Below are positions 10,284-20,328 of a stretch of DNA of 64,000 bases, one piece after another. The number at the start of each line of letters is the position of its first letter. Position 1 is the first letter of the stretch. The stretch covers positions 3,616,001 through 3,680,000 of the forward strand of contig CAWIAD010000002.1 in NCBI GenBank assembly GCA_963833985.1, read 5' to 3'. The translations under genes and the position numbers were made by a program. Under the pieces are notes generated by a model, which was not told the origin of the DNA, made no database searches, and was given only the letters and a program-made list of their open reading frames with translations. The DNA comes from an uncultured Planctomycetaceae bacterium (GTDB lineage: Bacteria > Planctomycetota > Planctomycetia > Isosphaerales > Isosphaeraceae).

Positions 10284-10910
10284 ATGGTCGTCGATTTAGA
10301 TTTCAGCGACATCGGGAAAGACAAGTCCAAGCCCAGGACATGGCGATGGGCTCGCTGGCTCCTCGTCTATCCCCTCCTGGGTCTTGCTGCTTGCCACATG
10401 CTAATAACTGGCTCACCGGTTCCCCTCTGGTACTCTGAACGCCTGGATCACCCTGCTGTTGTCAAAGCGCTGACCGACAAGACCCTTTTGCTTGCCGATG
10501 GTCGAAGCGTTGCTCTTCCCTTCATCAAGAGGTTGCCAAGGAACGATCCTGTCTTCCTCAAAGCCCTGAAGCACGGCGTCGAAGTCGGGCGAGACGGGGA
10601 GGTGGTCGGGTTGATCAGAGACTATCGAACTTGCGGAAACGATCCCTTTGTCTGGAGAGACAGACGCATCAATCTGAGCGACCTGGCTGGGTTCATGGAC
10701 CCCGATGGCATAGATGATTCGATCGTTCCTCATGAGGTGATCGAGGATCTCAAGGAGAATGAGAACCGGACGCTTGATCGTCATGGATTGCCTTTCTTAT
10801 TGACGAGCAGAATCTCCAAAGTGCGTCAGATCTACGAGGCGTGTGAACGCAGGATCAACGAACAGTCTTATGTCATCCGGTCATTCAGCCGCGAACAGAT
10901 CAAGCAGTAA
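10284..10910 (+). CDS. Hypothetical membrane-anchored protein
   Basis: Single TM near the N-terminus; start uncertain. Confidence 0.6.
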   Translation: MVVDLDFSDIGKDKSKPRTWRWARWLLVYPLLGLAACHMLITGSPVPLWYSERLDHPAVVKALTDKTLLLADGRSVALPFIKRLPRNDPVFLKALKHGVEVGRDGEVVGLIRDYRTCGNDPFVWRDRRINLSDLAGFMDPDGIDDSIVPHEVIEDLKENENRTLDRHGLPFLLTSRISKVRQIYEACERRINEQSYVIRSFSREQIKQ

Positions 10911-10968
10911 GACGAGCGCCCCTGGACTAGAATGACCCTCCCATCGGTGGATTACGCGAGGTCTTGAC

Positions 10969-11595
10969 ATGCCAGCACGAATGACACCTACGGCTTGGGG
11001 GCGGGGCGCAACCAATGCCCTGATTTGTGGCTTGATCTGCCTCGTATGCTGGCTGTTGGTCGCAGTGTTGATTTCGTCTGTCTTCCACCGCTCCCTCTCT
11101 GACTCGTCCTGGCTCGCTTTTGCCATCCTCTGGGGCTTGATCTTCTTGCTGTTCTTGGGCACCTGGCTCTTCGGCTTGAATGCCGGTGGTCGTGTGCTCT
11201 TGGACTGTGGACCTCACCCGACAAGAGTTCTGTTTCTGTTCAACGCGGCACTCTGGCTAGTCATGGGGCTCACTGGAGTCATGACGTTTGGTTCGTTGTT
11301 TGGGTCTCTCCGTCTTTTCAGTCCAATGTGCGGTGCTTCCTTTGCGGTTTACTTCCTGATCATGGCGACGGGTCGGCTCCAGATTCGAGAGGGTGGGCTC
11401 TGGCAGTACTGGGGATTGCTGCGGTGGGACAAGATCGAGTCTCTCCAATGGAGTGGTGACTTCACGCTGCTGGTGAAGGGGAAGACCCGCTTCCCGCTCT
11501 TCGGTCGGGGCGCTCTGCCAGTTCCGCCAGAGCAGAAGCAAGCCGTGGAGGAACTGTTGCAGAAGCACTGCCCGGTCTGGGATCGTGACTTCTAG
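10969..11595 (+). CDS. Multi-pass membrane protein with VWDRDF tail
   Basis: 4 TM segments plus a soluble C-terminal domain. Confidence 0.7.
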   Translation: MPARMTPTAWGRGATNALICGLICLVCWLLVAVLISSVFHRSLSDSSWLAFAILWGLIFLLFLGTWLFGLNAGGRVLLDCGPHPTRVLFLFNAALWLVMGLTGVMTFGSLFGSLRLFSPMCGASFAVYFLIMATGRLQIREGGLWQYWGLLRWDKIESLQWSGDFTLLVKGKTRFPLFGRGALPVPPEQKQAVEELLQKHCPVWDRDF

Positions 11596-11602
11596 CCCGT
11601 CG

Positions 11603-11835
11603 CTGATCTGCTTGCCCTCCATTGCACTGGCAACGACCGGCTCGACCTTCGCGATCCTCGGCTGAATTACGTTGGGGGGATTGCGAAGAGGCATCGTAAG
11701 AGGTGCTGGTGAACCCTTCGCTCAACGGCTGTGTGGCATGTGACCCACCTGGAAGAGCCGCAGTCTGCGGCTGGGATTTCCAATTCTTGTACTGTGGCAC
11801 TGGGATGATCACCCCTGGCTGGCTATTTCGTGTAA
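11603..11835 (+). pseudogene. Decayed copy of the 8290-8541 gene
   Basis: Near-identical core CCCTTCGCTCAACGGCTGTG..TGACCCACCTGG; has an extra upstream TGA and a downstream frameshift. Confidence 0.75.
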
Positions 11836-11984
11836 GGTGCAGCGAGTCTGGTAAGACTCGTCGCCCACAAAAAGAACACTCATGCTCGGTTGGAACCGGC
11901 AGAAGGAGAATTACCGGTCGCAGAGCCGCTGTTGAGTCACTCACACCTAAGTTTGTGGTTAAAAGTGCGATTCGCAGTATTTTG

Positions 11985-12012
11985 TTGTGACGGGCGGGAA
12001 TTTTGATATGAT
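11985..12012 (+). promoter_or_regulatory. sigma70-like promoter for the HTH/primase module
   Basis: TTGTGA-N16-TATGAT with TGn extended -10, followed by an AAGGAGG RBS. Confidence 0.5.
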
Positions 12013-12039
12013 ACTACTATCTAAACACAAGGAGGTGTT

Positions 12040-12249
12040 GTGATGGTAGACCTGAGCGAGTTCGAGATGCTCAACGTGCGAGATGCGATGCGATTGCTAC
12101 GGCTGAGCCGTACGATGGTGTACGACTTGTTGAAATGTGGTGCGTTGCCAGGGATCAAGATCGGGGGAACCTGGCGAATTCCCGTGGCTGACCTGCGGCG
12201 ATGGCTCGACGCGAATCGGGTGATCGTGCCCGAGACCACAGCGGACTGA
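12040..12249 (+). CDS. Excisionase/AlpA-like helix-turn-helix protein
   Basis: MLNVRDAMRLLRLSRTMVYDLLKCGALPGIKIGGTWRIP pattern. Confidence 0.9.
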   Translation: MMVDLSEFEMLNVRDAMRLLRLSRTMVYDLLKCGALPGIKIGGTWRIPVADLRRWLDANRVIVPETTAD

Positions 12250-12433
12250 TAGCAACATGCCGATCGGCAGTTCACCTTCGCACAGGGTGGACGCCACATG
12301 GTCGGCAGGCTCGATGCCATGTGCATCCGATGGACTCCAGGACGGAGCCCATTGAAGCACAATGACCCGGTGGGAAGAGCCTCCCACCGGGTCACATGTG
12401 CGACTCTCATCTTTGCCACACGAGAGTATCAAT

Positions 12434-15328
12434 ATGAATGTAGCATGGAAGCAGAAAGATTTCTACAAAAATATCGACCAATCTTTAATTACCGAACCCG
12501 ACTTCGACTCCATCAACCAGGCGTTGCACGTCATCTGCGACCCCGGTGACGTGCATGAAGTTAGGGTGGCGGACACCAACCTGGGCGTGTTGGCGGGTTG
12601 GTTCGATGACCTGGAGGCGATGACCCTAGCCATCCTAGACCTTACCAGGGGCGAGGGAAAGTACGAGGGCAAGTACGGGTTCAAGGAGTTGAGGAGGTTG
12701 CCTGAGTCGGTGTACCTTTCTCTCAATCCAGTCACCGACGATCTCCTCGCCTTGGTGGGAAACCGGATCAAGGTATGCGACACAACGACCAAGGATCACG
12801 ATATCGTCGCCATCAAACGGCTGTTCCTCGATGGCGATCCGTGGAGACGCAAAGGCGTCTCTTCGACTGACGCGGGTCATTCACTGGCGATCACCAAGAT
12901 GATCGAGGTGAGGGATTACCTGATAGGGATGGGGTTCGCTCAACCGTGCCTTGCGGACAGCGGAAACGGTGCCCACGTGATCCATGCCACGCTGTTGGAC
13001 AACACACCCGATGATCGGGCACTTGTGGAGGCATACGTCAAGGCGGTCTCCCTCCGGTTCGGTGTGTCCTGCAAGCACGGAGAGAAGAACAAGCCGCCTA
13101 CCCCTGGCTACGACGACACGATCATCAACATCGACGCCGCCGTCTTCAACCCGTCCCGGATCGTGACCGCCTACGGCACAATGAAACGCAAGGGCACTGA
13201 CATCCCGAAGCGACCGCACAGGCTCTCCCGCATTCTGGAGTCGCCGGGTCGGCTGGAAATTGTGGAACGAGGTGTGATCGAGAAGGTCATCGCCGACCTT
13301 ACTCCCAAGTACACGATCACAGTGAAGATGGAGGCGACTGAGCAGAGTCCAGGTGGTGAAGCTGCCTTGGAGGATGAACAGTTCGGGTTCGGCTCAGTCG
13401 ATTCCGATGAGTTGTGGGCGCAACCGACAGACGAACCACTCAAGCCCATCGCTGGGTTTGACCTGGCAGCCCAACTGGAGGAGATGGGACTTCTGGCGGG
13501 GCAACCGCAGATCGCTGGAGTCTTCACGCACTACCCGGTCCAGGAATGCCCATTCAACCCGGAACACAAGAAGGTCAGGCTGTCTCAGCACCGGAGCGGC
13601 ACCCTCACCTACCTCTGCCCGCATCACTCTTGCCAGGGCAAGAAAGAAGGCTGCGATCGAAAGACCGCCCGTGATTACTTCGCCCATTACGGTGTGACGA
13701 TACCCGTTGAGACTAAGACCGAGAAGCCGAAGCAGGAGAAGACCAGCCGCGTGTCCTTGTTGGTTCAACTCGCCCGGCAGCACTGCACGATCACCAAGGA
13801 TTCCGCCACCCATGTCGTGAACGCCACGTTCATGGACCTGAAACAGCGGATCACTTGCCCCGTGGATTCACAATCCTTCCGCCACTGGCTCGTACGGACG
13901 TTCAGGGAGCAAACGGGCAAGATCATCAAGAGTTCTGAAGTATCAGACGCCGTGTTGAACCTGATGGCGTGCTACAGTGCCTACGTCACCACCTACCGGC
14001 GAATCACACGCCTCGATGATGTTATCTACATCGATACGCTCAACGAGGGAAAGGTCGTCAAGATCACGTGCGATGGCTGGCAGATTCTAGAAACCTGCCC
14101 TGACGGCTTGGTCTTCGAGACCAGGAAGGATATGGGCAAGTTGGCACTGCCCAGGCGGGGCGGGAGCCTCGATGACCTGTGGGAGTTCATCAACGTCAGG
14201 CAAGAGGATCGGGAGACCTACCTGTGTTTCCTTCTCGCCAGCCTGGCGGGACGGAAGCCGTACCCGATCTTGCTGGGCAACGGACAGGAGGGTTCGGCGA
14301 AGACCACGTTCATGAACTTCACCGTCGCCATGATCGACCCGTGCATCCGTGCCAACGGCAAGGACGTGCCGGATACGAGGCGTGATCTGGTGATTCAGGC
14401 ACGCAACCGGCACTTGATCGCCTATGACAACGTGTCCCGCATTTCCGGCGACATGAGCGATGCCTACTGTCGATTGAGCACGGGTGCCGGGTTCACCGTG
14501 CGGGGACTCTATAAAGACGATGAGGAAATGGTCTTCGGCGGTGCAAACCCCGTGCTGTTCAACGGCATCCCGGAGTTGGGCGACAAGAGCGACTTTCTGT
14601 CCCGCTCGATCCGGGTCCGCTTGCCCAAGATCCCGCCAGAAAGACGGAAGACCGAGCGGTATCTGGAGGAAGGGTGGGATGAGCGTGGACCAGGCATCCT
14701 CGGGACACTCTATGACCTGATTGCCAACGGGCTCAAGCACGAGGCGTCAGTAGTGGAAGATGGCAGGGCTCCTCGGATGATCGACAACTACCAGTGGTTT
14801 CGAGCCTGCGAGATGGGGACAGGGTTGCAGTTGGCTGATCGTTTCCGCGAGAACTACGATACGCTGATCCGAGAGGTTGCCTTCGAGACCCTCACGGGCA
14901 AGGCGGTGCTGGCGTTCATGAAGGATCGCAGATTGACGAACTGGGGAGAGATGCCCGAGGACTGGGAAATCTGGCGGGGCACGATGTCCGAATTGTACGA
15001 GGGCATCAAGCCCAAGTGGCTGGAGGTCTGCGATGGCTCCACCAAGCAGAAGAACCTCCTTCCCGGCTCTCCTGCCCGGCTGACAAACGCCATCGACGCC
15101 ATCTCTTCGTCCCTGGTCGCCAACGGCATCGTCTTCACCCGAGGTCGATCGAATGACCAGCGCTGGGCACAGATCGACGCCAGGGCGTATTTCCAAGGCG
15201 AAGTCGAGGAAGAGCCGGTGTACCTCTGGGATTCTCCACAGGATGTCGCCCAAGATCGTTGGGCAGGATTCGCAGAGGTCATGACGGACGAGGTGACGAC
15301 TCCGCTCCACTCAGAGGTGACGACGTGA
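12434..15328 (+). CDS. Primase (AEP-like)-Zn finger-P-loop helicase/ATPase replication protein
   Basis: LFLDGD, DSGNGAH, CPFNPEH/CPHHSC, Walker A GQEGSAKTT, Walker B AYDNVS. Confidence 0.8.
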   Translation: MNVAWKQKDFYKNIDQSLITEPDFDSINQALHVICDPGDVHEVRVADTNLGVLAGWFDDLEAMTLAILDLTRGEGKYEGKYGFKELRRLPESVYLSLNPVTDDLLALVGNRIKVCDTTTKDHDIVAIKRLFLDGDPWRRKGVSSTDAGHSLAITKMIEVRDYLIGMGFAQPCLADSGNGAHVIHATLLDNTPDDRALVEAYVKAVSLRFGVSCKHGEKNKPPTPGYDDTIINIDAAVFNPSRIVTAYGTMKRKGTDIPKRPHRLSRILESPGRLEIVERGVIEKVIADLTPKYTITVKMEATEQSPGGEAALEDEQFGFGSVDSDELWAQPTDEPLKPIAGFDLAAQLEEMGLLAGQPQIAGVFTHYPVQECPFNPEHKKVRLSQHRSGTLTYLCPHHSCQGKKEGCDRKTARDYFAHYGVTIPVETKTEKPKQEKTSRVSLLVQLARQHCTITKDSATHVVNATFMDLKQRITCPVDSQSFRHWLVRTFREQTGKIIKSSEVSDAVLNLMACYSAYVTTYRRITRLDDVIYIDTLNEGKVVKITCDGWQILETCPDGLVFETRKDMGKLALPRRGGSLDDLWEFINVRQEDRETYLCFLLASLAGRKPYPILLGNGQEGSAKTTFMNFTVAMIDPCIRANGKDVPDTRRDLVIQARNRHLIAYDNVSRISGDMSDAYCRLSTGAGFTVRGLYKDDEEMVFGGANPVLFNGIPELGDKSDFLSRSIRVRLPKIPPERRKTERYLEEGWDERGPGILGTLYDLIANGLKHEASVVEDGRAPRMIDNYQWFRACEMGTGLQLADRFRENYDTLIREVAFETLTGKAVLAFMKDRRLTNWGEMPEDWEIWRGTMSELYEGIKPKWLEVCDGSTKQKNLLPGSPARLTNAIDAISSSLVANGIVFTRGRSNDQRWAQIDARAYFQGEVEEEPVYLWDSPQDVAQDRWAGFAEVMTDEVTTPLHSEVTT

Positions 15329-15641
15329 CGACTGGGTGACGACTGTGCCGCCCACAGTCGTCACCCTCTATCCCTCCGTCCTGCAAGAAGTTATGTCAAG
15401 GGTGACGACGGTGACGACTCTAATTACCTTTTTATACTTTCTCTCAAAATGAAGAATGGAGGGATGGAGAGAGGGGGTGGTCCATTCCATCCATCGCAGA
15501 GAGAAAGAGAAAACAGCCCATCGGAGTCGTCACCATCGTCACCAACGACGCAACTCGTTACACCCAATATAGATATATGGTGACGACTCCTCTATTGGGG
15601 ATCGTCACTGTATCGTCACCCCAGGGTAGCGGAGTCGTCAC
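15293..15641. repeat. Iteron-like octamer array (GTGACGAY, 13 copies) around an AT/purine-rich core; putative replication origin
   Basis: Forward copies at 15293, 15317, 15325, 15336, 15402, 15411, 15580; reverse copies at 15357, 15526, 15535, 15601, 15612, 15634. Confidence 0.8.
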
Positions 15642-15703
15642 CTGCTCACTGCCTCATCCTCCTGACGTTGCCTGAGCGTAATTCGCATCTGGAGCGGAGC
15701 GGC

Positions 15704-17029
15704 TCATTTCCAGAACTGCCACCAACTCTTGGTTCTCGTTCCCACTGCCTGCAATGTCGTTGACCTAGTGGGTGAGTCGGACTGCGAAGATTCTCGACCT
15801 TCCTTCACAAAACGGAGTTGAGGGTTCGATGGCGATGATTCACTCAGAGCATAAACTTGTCCTCCGTCCATGAATCTTTGCAAATCATCGGCGAGATTCT
15901 CCATGCTCTGGTAACGACGGTCAGGCGTTTTTTCCAGGCACCTCATGCAGATCGCGTCCAATCCTGGGTCGATCGAATCTCGCCGCTGACGCGGTGGCAC
16001 AGGAGGTCTACTTCTGACTTCCGTGATCACCTGGAAGGAGTCTCCGGTGAAGGGCGGTCTCCCGGTCAGCATCTCGTACATGATGGCACCCAGGGAGTAG
16101 ATGTCGGCAGGAGGACCGACCTCTTCGACTCGACCCCATGCCTGCTCAGGAGCCATGTACTGAGGCGTGCCCATGATGGCTCCCGATTTAGTCAAGTTCT
16201 CACGGACCTGCGACTCCGCTGGCAAGTCCAAGGATGCCTGGCGAAGTGCCTCCTGAATGAACTGCCCGATTTCATCCAACCGCTGCTCATCCTCGGCATT
16301 TGGTGTCCCGATCTTCCCCTTCCATTCCGTGCGGACAACATAGTCCTCGAAGGTCGTGGTCACATCGTCATTAGCAGTTTCCTTGATGCTCTCGAAGTCC
16401 TCCCTCATCCTAGTCAGTTCGGTAAAGCCCCCTGGGAATATGATGGTAAAGTCAGTTGGGCTGTCATCCCCCGTCGTGAACTTAGCCAAGCCGAAGTCGG
16501 TGATCTTGGGAATCCCATCAGACATCAGTAGCACGTTCGACGGCTTGAGGTCTCGGTGGATAATCCCTCGTTCATGGGCATGTTGCATGGCAAGTGCGAG
16601 TTTCAACGTGATCTGAGCAGTCCAGTCGCAGGGCATTGGATGTGCTCGTATCTTCTCGGCAAGGTTTCCACCTTCGGCGTATTCAAGGACGAAGAAGGGA
16701 AACCCAAGATGGACCCCGACCTCATGAATCAGCACGATATTGGGGTGTGCCAGAGAAGCGATAGCCTCTGCCTCGATGCGGAACCTGGCGAGTTCGAGGA
16801 AGGCTGCTCCACGCCCGCTGAGGATCATCTTCAAGGCAACGGGGCGGTCATAATTGAGATTCTGAGCCTTGTAGACGATGCCCATGCCGCCTCGACCCAG
16901 TTCGCCGAGGATCTTGTAGCCGGGAATGCTCAAGATAGACTCTTCCATCCACCAGTCCCGATCGGATTGGGCATTGGTCGTCAATCGCAGACTAGATTCT
17001 GCTCTCGGCTCCTCGCGGATTCCAGGCAA
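15704..17029 (-). CDS. Hanks-type Ser/Thr protein kinase
   Basis: GRGGMG, VALK, HRDLKPSN, DFG, GTPQYMAPE; start uncertain. Confidence 0.95.
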   Translation of the reverse strand: MPGIREEPRAESSLRLTTNAQSDRDWWMEESILSIPGYKILGELGRGGMGIVYKAQNLNYDRPVALKMILSGRGAAFLELARFRIEAEAIASLAHPNIVLIHEVGVHLGFPFFVLEYAEGGNLAEKIRAHPMPCDWTAQITLKLALAMQHAHERGIIHRDLKPSNVLLMSDGIPKITDFGLAKFTTGDDSPTDFTIIFPGGFTELTRMREDFESIKETANDDVTTTFEDYVVRTEWKGKIGTPNAEDEQRLDEIGQFIQEALRQASLDLPAESQVRENLTKSGAIMGTPQYMAPEQAWGRVEEVGPPADIYSLGAIMYEMLTGRPPFTGDSFQVITEVRSRPPVPPRQRRDSIDPGLDAICMRCLEKTPDRRYQSMENLADDLQRFMDGGQVYALSESSPSNPQLRFVKEGRESSQSDSPTRSTTLQAVGTRTKSWWQFWK

Positions 17030-17178
17030 AACACGGAAAGGGGGTGAGTCGGATTGCGGACGGTGTTTTGCACCTTCGAGCTATTGCATTGATGTGCCTG
17101 CATCCTCTTCAGAGCCGCCTGAGTACCTACCAGGACGTGTAATCTCGCCATCCCGAGCCCAAGGTCATGCTCTCCAAC

Positions 17179-17207
17179 AAAAAACGCCGAGGACGAGCCC
17201 CGGCGTT
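17179..17207 (-). terminator. Intrinsic terminator of the 17238-17912 gene
   Basis: AACGCCG..CGGCGTT hairpin followed by a T6 run on the minus strand. Confidence 0.6.
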
Positions 17208-17237
17208 CAACGAATCAGACTTCAATCTGAAACAAGC

Positions 17238-17912
17238 TCAGGTGGGAGTGGCTTTGCAGACCCGTCTACGTGCGTCTCTGAGTGCGGTCTCGATCTCGGG
17301 GAGGTCGCCAAGTCCCATGATGGTGAAGATCAGCCTGTCGATCTCTGATTCTACTGCCAGGAGAATCGTTGTCCGGGAGGTGTCCTGTCTTCTCGTCTCT
17401 GCGATGGTGTTGGTTGTCGCCCTGGTCTCGGTGGCTGGCTTCCTACCACGAGTCTTGGCGGCAGGAGCCGTCGCACCGGGAGTCTGCTTCTTGGTTGCGG
17501 TGCGGGGTTTCCCTATTAGTCCCAGGCTCTTCCTGACCTCAGAGACGGTAGTGTGGCTGATCCTCCCCTGCATCCCAGCCTTCGCCCACGCCTCGTTGAC
17601 TTCCCCGGAAGTCGCATCGGGATGATCGTTGAGAAACTCTTTGGTGAAGCCCGCTTTGCCGGGAGTAGTTGTCGCCTTCCGTCTCCTCTTGGGGGCAGTC
17701 TTCGGCTTGGCGGCTACTTTGGACTTCGCACCCAGATTGCCCGTCAGCCCCAGTTTTGCTCTGATCTTGTCCACGACGGACTTGCTGACCGTGCCCCTCA
17801 TCCCCTCTGCTGTCCACGCCTCGTTCACGGTTCTGAGGTTGCCTTGTGGATTCTTCGCGAGGAACTCGTTCACGAACTTGGTCTTGTCCCCACGAACGGT
17901 CGCTGTTGCCAT
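17238..17912 (-). CDS. Basic Lys/Ala/Thr-rich protein with an internal tandem domain repeat; putative DNA-binding
   Basis: Two copies of EFL..NP....VNEAW...G..G..S...V...R..LGL.G; GGGAG RBS. Confidence 0.75.
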   Translation of the reverse strand: MATATVRGDKTKFVNEFLAKNPQGNLRTVNEAWTAEGMRGTVSKSVVDKIRAKLGLTGNLGAKSKVAAKPKTAPKRRRKATTTPGKAGFTKEFLNDHPDATSGEVNEAWAKAGMQGRISHTTVSEVRKSLGLIGKPRTATKKQTPGATAPAAKTRGRKPATETRATTNTIAETRRQDTSRTTILLAVESEIDRLIFTIMGLGDLPEIETALRDARRRVCKATPT

Positions 17913-18124
17913 GCTGTAGTCTCCCTGGTTTGTGAGCATCGGTCAGTTCAAGAGTGAACTGTCAGCCTATGATGGTTAGATGGTCAACGAAATCCACGCG
18001 GACTTCAAGAGTCAGTCGGGGCTTCCGTTGGTTGAGGGTCTAGTAGGGAACGTGCTATACCGGTTGCGCCAGATGTAGCGTATTTCTAGACGAGCAGTGA
18101 AAGCAGAAACAGGAGTCGGCAGTA

Positions 18125-18610
18125 ATGATCGTGGTCCTAATGGGCGTCACAGGTTCGGGTAAATCGACTGTCGGCAAGGTCTTGGCTACGGATCTCGGCT
18201 GGAAGTTCTATGACGCAGACGATTACCATCCTGCGGCGAACATCGAGAAGATGCACCGGGGAATCCCCCTGACCGATGAGGATCGCAAGCCCTGGCTCCA
18301 GACTCTTGCCAAGCTGATCGACGATGCACGGGACCGTGGCGAGAACATCGTCCTTGCCTGCTCGGCACTCAAGCATGCTTACCAAGAGTACCTGCGGCAT
18401 CATCTGGATGTGGTTTACTACGTTTGCCTCTGTGGCTCGGAAGAAGTGATCCAAAGGAGACTGGCGGCTCGCAAGGGTCACTTTATGAACCCAAGTTTGT
18501 TGGACAGCCAGTTCGAGGTATTGGAGCCGCCCGAAGACGCGATCAAAGTCGATGTGACAGGGAGTCCCCAGGAGATCGCAGATGAGATTCGACGCAGGCT
18601 CGGTCTTTGA
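18125..18610 (+). CDS. gntK: Gluconokinase (GntK/IdnK type)
   Basis: MGVTGSGKST, DADDYHP, PLTDEDRKPW, LACSALK, GHFM. Confidence 0.92.
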   Translation: MIVVLMGVTGSGKSTVGKVLATDLGWKFYDADDYHPAANIEKMHRGIPLTDEDRKPWLQTLAKLIDDARDRGENIVLACSALKHAYQEYLRHHLDVVYYVCLCGSEEVIQRRLAARKGHFMNPSLLDSQFEVLEPPEDAIKVDVTGSPQEIADEIRRRLGL

Positions 18611-18643
18611 TCTTGTCCTGAGTATTCACAGCAACCGTGCGGG

Positions 18644-19651
18644 ATGCATTTGTTTCATCAACCGGGATACTTACCGATGCACCGTGCCACACTCGTGAGT
18701 CGGGCAACTCTCTCGATTACGCTCCTTGTGACCATTGCATCAGTGGCAGCCGCCCAAGACGGTGTGGCTGTTGAGCGCTCTGTCATCGTCGATGGGATCA
18801 ACCGGAAGTACCTCGTCTTCGCTCCGAAGGAGTTTGACAAGCCACTGCCTGTAGTCTTGGCTCTTCACGGAGGTGGCGGCAACGCCCGGCAGATGGAACG
18901 GTATACCCGGTTCAACGATCTGGCTGCGAAAGAGGGCTTCATGGTCGTCTATCCCGAGGCAGTGGATGGTAATTGGAACGACGGTCGTGGCATCGAAGGG
19001 GTGAGGGCGCATCAAAAGAACATCGACGACGTGAAGTTCGTGCGACTCGTAGTGGATCGGATCAGCAAGGAGCACAAGATCGACCGCAGCCGAGTCTTCT
19101 CCACGGGCATCTCCAATGGTGGGTTCATGTCACACCGCCTTGCAACGGAGGCATCAGATCTAATCCCTGCTATCGCTCCAGTGGTCGGGGGCATGGCACC
19201 GGCAATGGCGAAGAAGTTTCATCCCGCTCACCCGGTCTCGATTCTCATCATCCAGGGAGACGCTGATCCCCTGGTCCCGATTCGTGGTGGCACGGTCGGT
19301 TTTTTCAGGGGCAGTAGGCGGGGGCACGTGATACCGACCGAGGAGACGATCTCGCTCTACGTGCGGCGCAACGGCAACCAGGGGGAACCGACAATCACGA
19401 CCTTGGATCGGGATAAGAAGGATGGCACGTCTGTCGAGATAAGGAAGTATCCTGACGGACCTGGCGGGGTGAAGACTCAGGTGTACATCGTGAAAGGCGG
19501 CGGGCACACCTGGGCTGGACGCCCGCTTTACCTGCCCGAGATGCTGATCGGGAAGGCGAGCCAGGAGTTCTCGGCGACGGAAGTGATTTGGGAGTTCTTC
19601 AACTCGTGTCCACCTCGGCTTGCTGCTCCAGCTTCCAAGAACTCAAAGTGA
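18644..19651 (+). CDS. Secreted PHB-depolymerase/LpqC-like esterase
   Basis: ALHGGGG, GISNGG nucleophile elbow, GGGHTW. Confidence 0.88.
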   Translation: MHLFHQPGYLPMHRATLVSRATLSITLLVTIASVAAAQDGVAVERSVIVDGINRKYLVFAPKEFDKPLPVVLALHGGGGNARQMERYTRFNDLAAKEGFMVVYPEAVDGNWNDGRGIEGVRAHQKNIDDVKFVRLVVDRISKEHKIDRSRVFSTGISNGGFMSHRLATEASDLIPAIAPVVGGMAPAMAKKFHPAHPVSILIIQGDADPLVPIRGGTVGFFRGSRRGHVIPTEETISLYVRRNGNQGEPTITTLDRDKKDGTSVEIRKYPDGPGGVKTQVYIVKGGGHTWAGRPLYLPEMLIGKASQEFSATEVIWEFFNSCPPRLAAPASKNSK

Positions 19652-19684
19652 GTCACCGGCGACATTCATCCGTGAGGGGAGATC

Positions 19685-20266
19685 ATGAACTACGACTTCA
19701 TCTCCATCCCCGACCAAGATGTTCCTCAAACGACTGACCCACTCTTCCAGCACCTCGTCAGCACCTACGTCAGCGAGACCAACAAGACTGCCAGCATGTG
19801 GCGAGCGATCCCTGACGATCTGCTGGACTTCAAGCCTCACGAGAAGATGAACACGATCCGAGCCATCCTGGTCCACCAGATCCTCTCCGAGCGACGGTTC
19901 TTCGCCCAGTTCGTCGGCACCGTGGAGCCACCGGTCGAAGAGCTATTGCCTCCTGGCGATAATCCTCCCGTGCAAGCCTATCTGGACCGATACGTCACTC
20001 TGGCGAAGAGGCGGTTGCCCCAGCTTGCCGAGGCGAGCGCCGAGTGGTGGCTGACCGAGATGCCTTTCTTCGGTGGGTTGAAACGGCAGCGGATCTGGAC
20101 CTTCTGGCGGCGTGTCCTTCATACCTGCCACCACCGGACACAGATTCAGACCTGGCTACGGCTTGCAGGTCAACATGTCCCGGCGATTTACGGACCATCG
20201 GGCGATGTGAAGTGGAAAGAGGCTGACCCGACCTATTCAGTGGAAGCGGCGAAGCGGGGTGGGTAA
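19685..20266 (+). CDS. DinB family protein
   Basis: HQILSE...HTCHHRTQ and PAIYGPS motifs. Confidence 0.88.
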   Translation: MNYDFISIPDQDVPQTTDPLFQHLVSTYVSETNKTASMWRAIPDDLLDFKPHEKMNTIRAILVHQILSERRFFAQFVGTVEPPVEELLPPGDNPPVQAYLDRYVTLAKRRLPQLAEASAEWWLTEMPFFGGLKRQRIWTFWRRVLHTCHHRTQIQTWLRLAGQHVPAIYGPSGDVKWKEADPTYSVEAAKRGG

Positions 20267-20328
20267 GCGGCTTTCCGATGGGGAGGAGCCGGTAATCGCT
20301 CACACCTCTGACAAAATGACTCTGGGAG

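Noticed and set aside
12247..12549. Read-through of the HTH gene TGA
   Set aside because: The TGA is immediately followed by TAG and there is no SECIS-like stem.
15293..15641. CRISPR or microsatellite interpretation of the GTGACGAC repeats
   Set aside because: 8-bp units in both orientations next to a primase fit iterons better.
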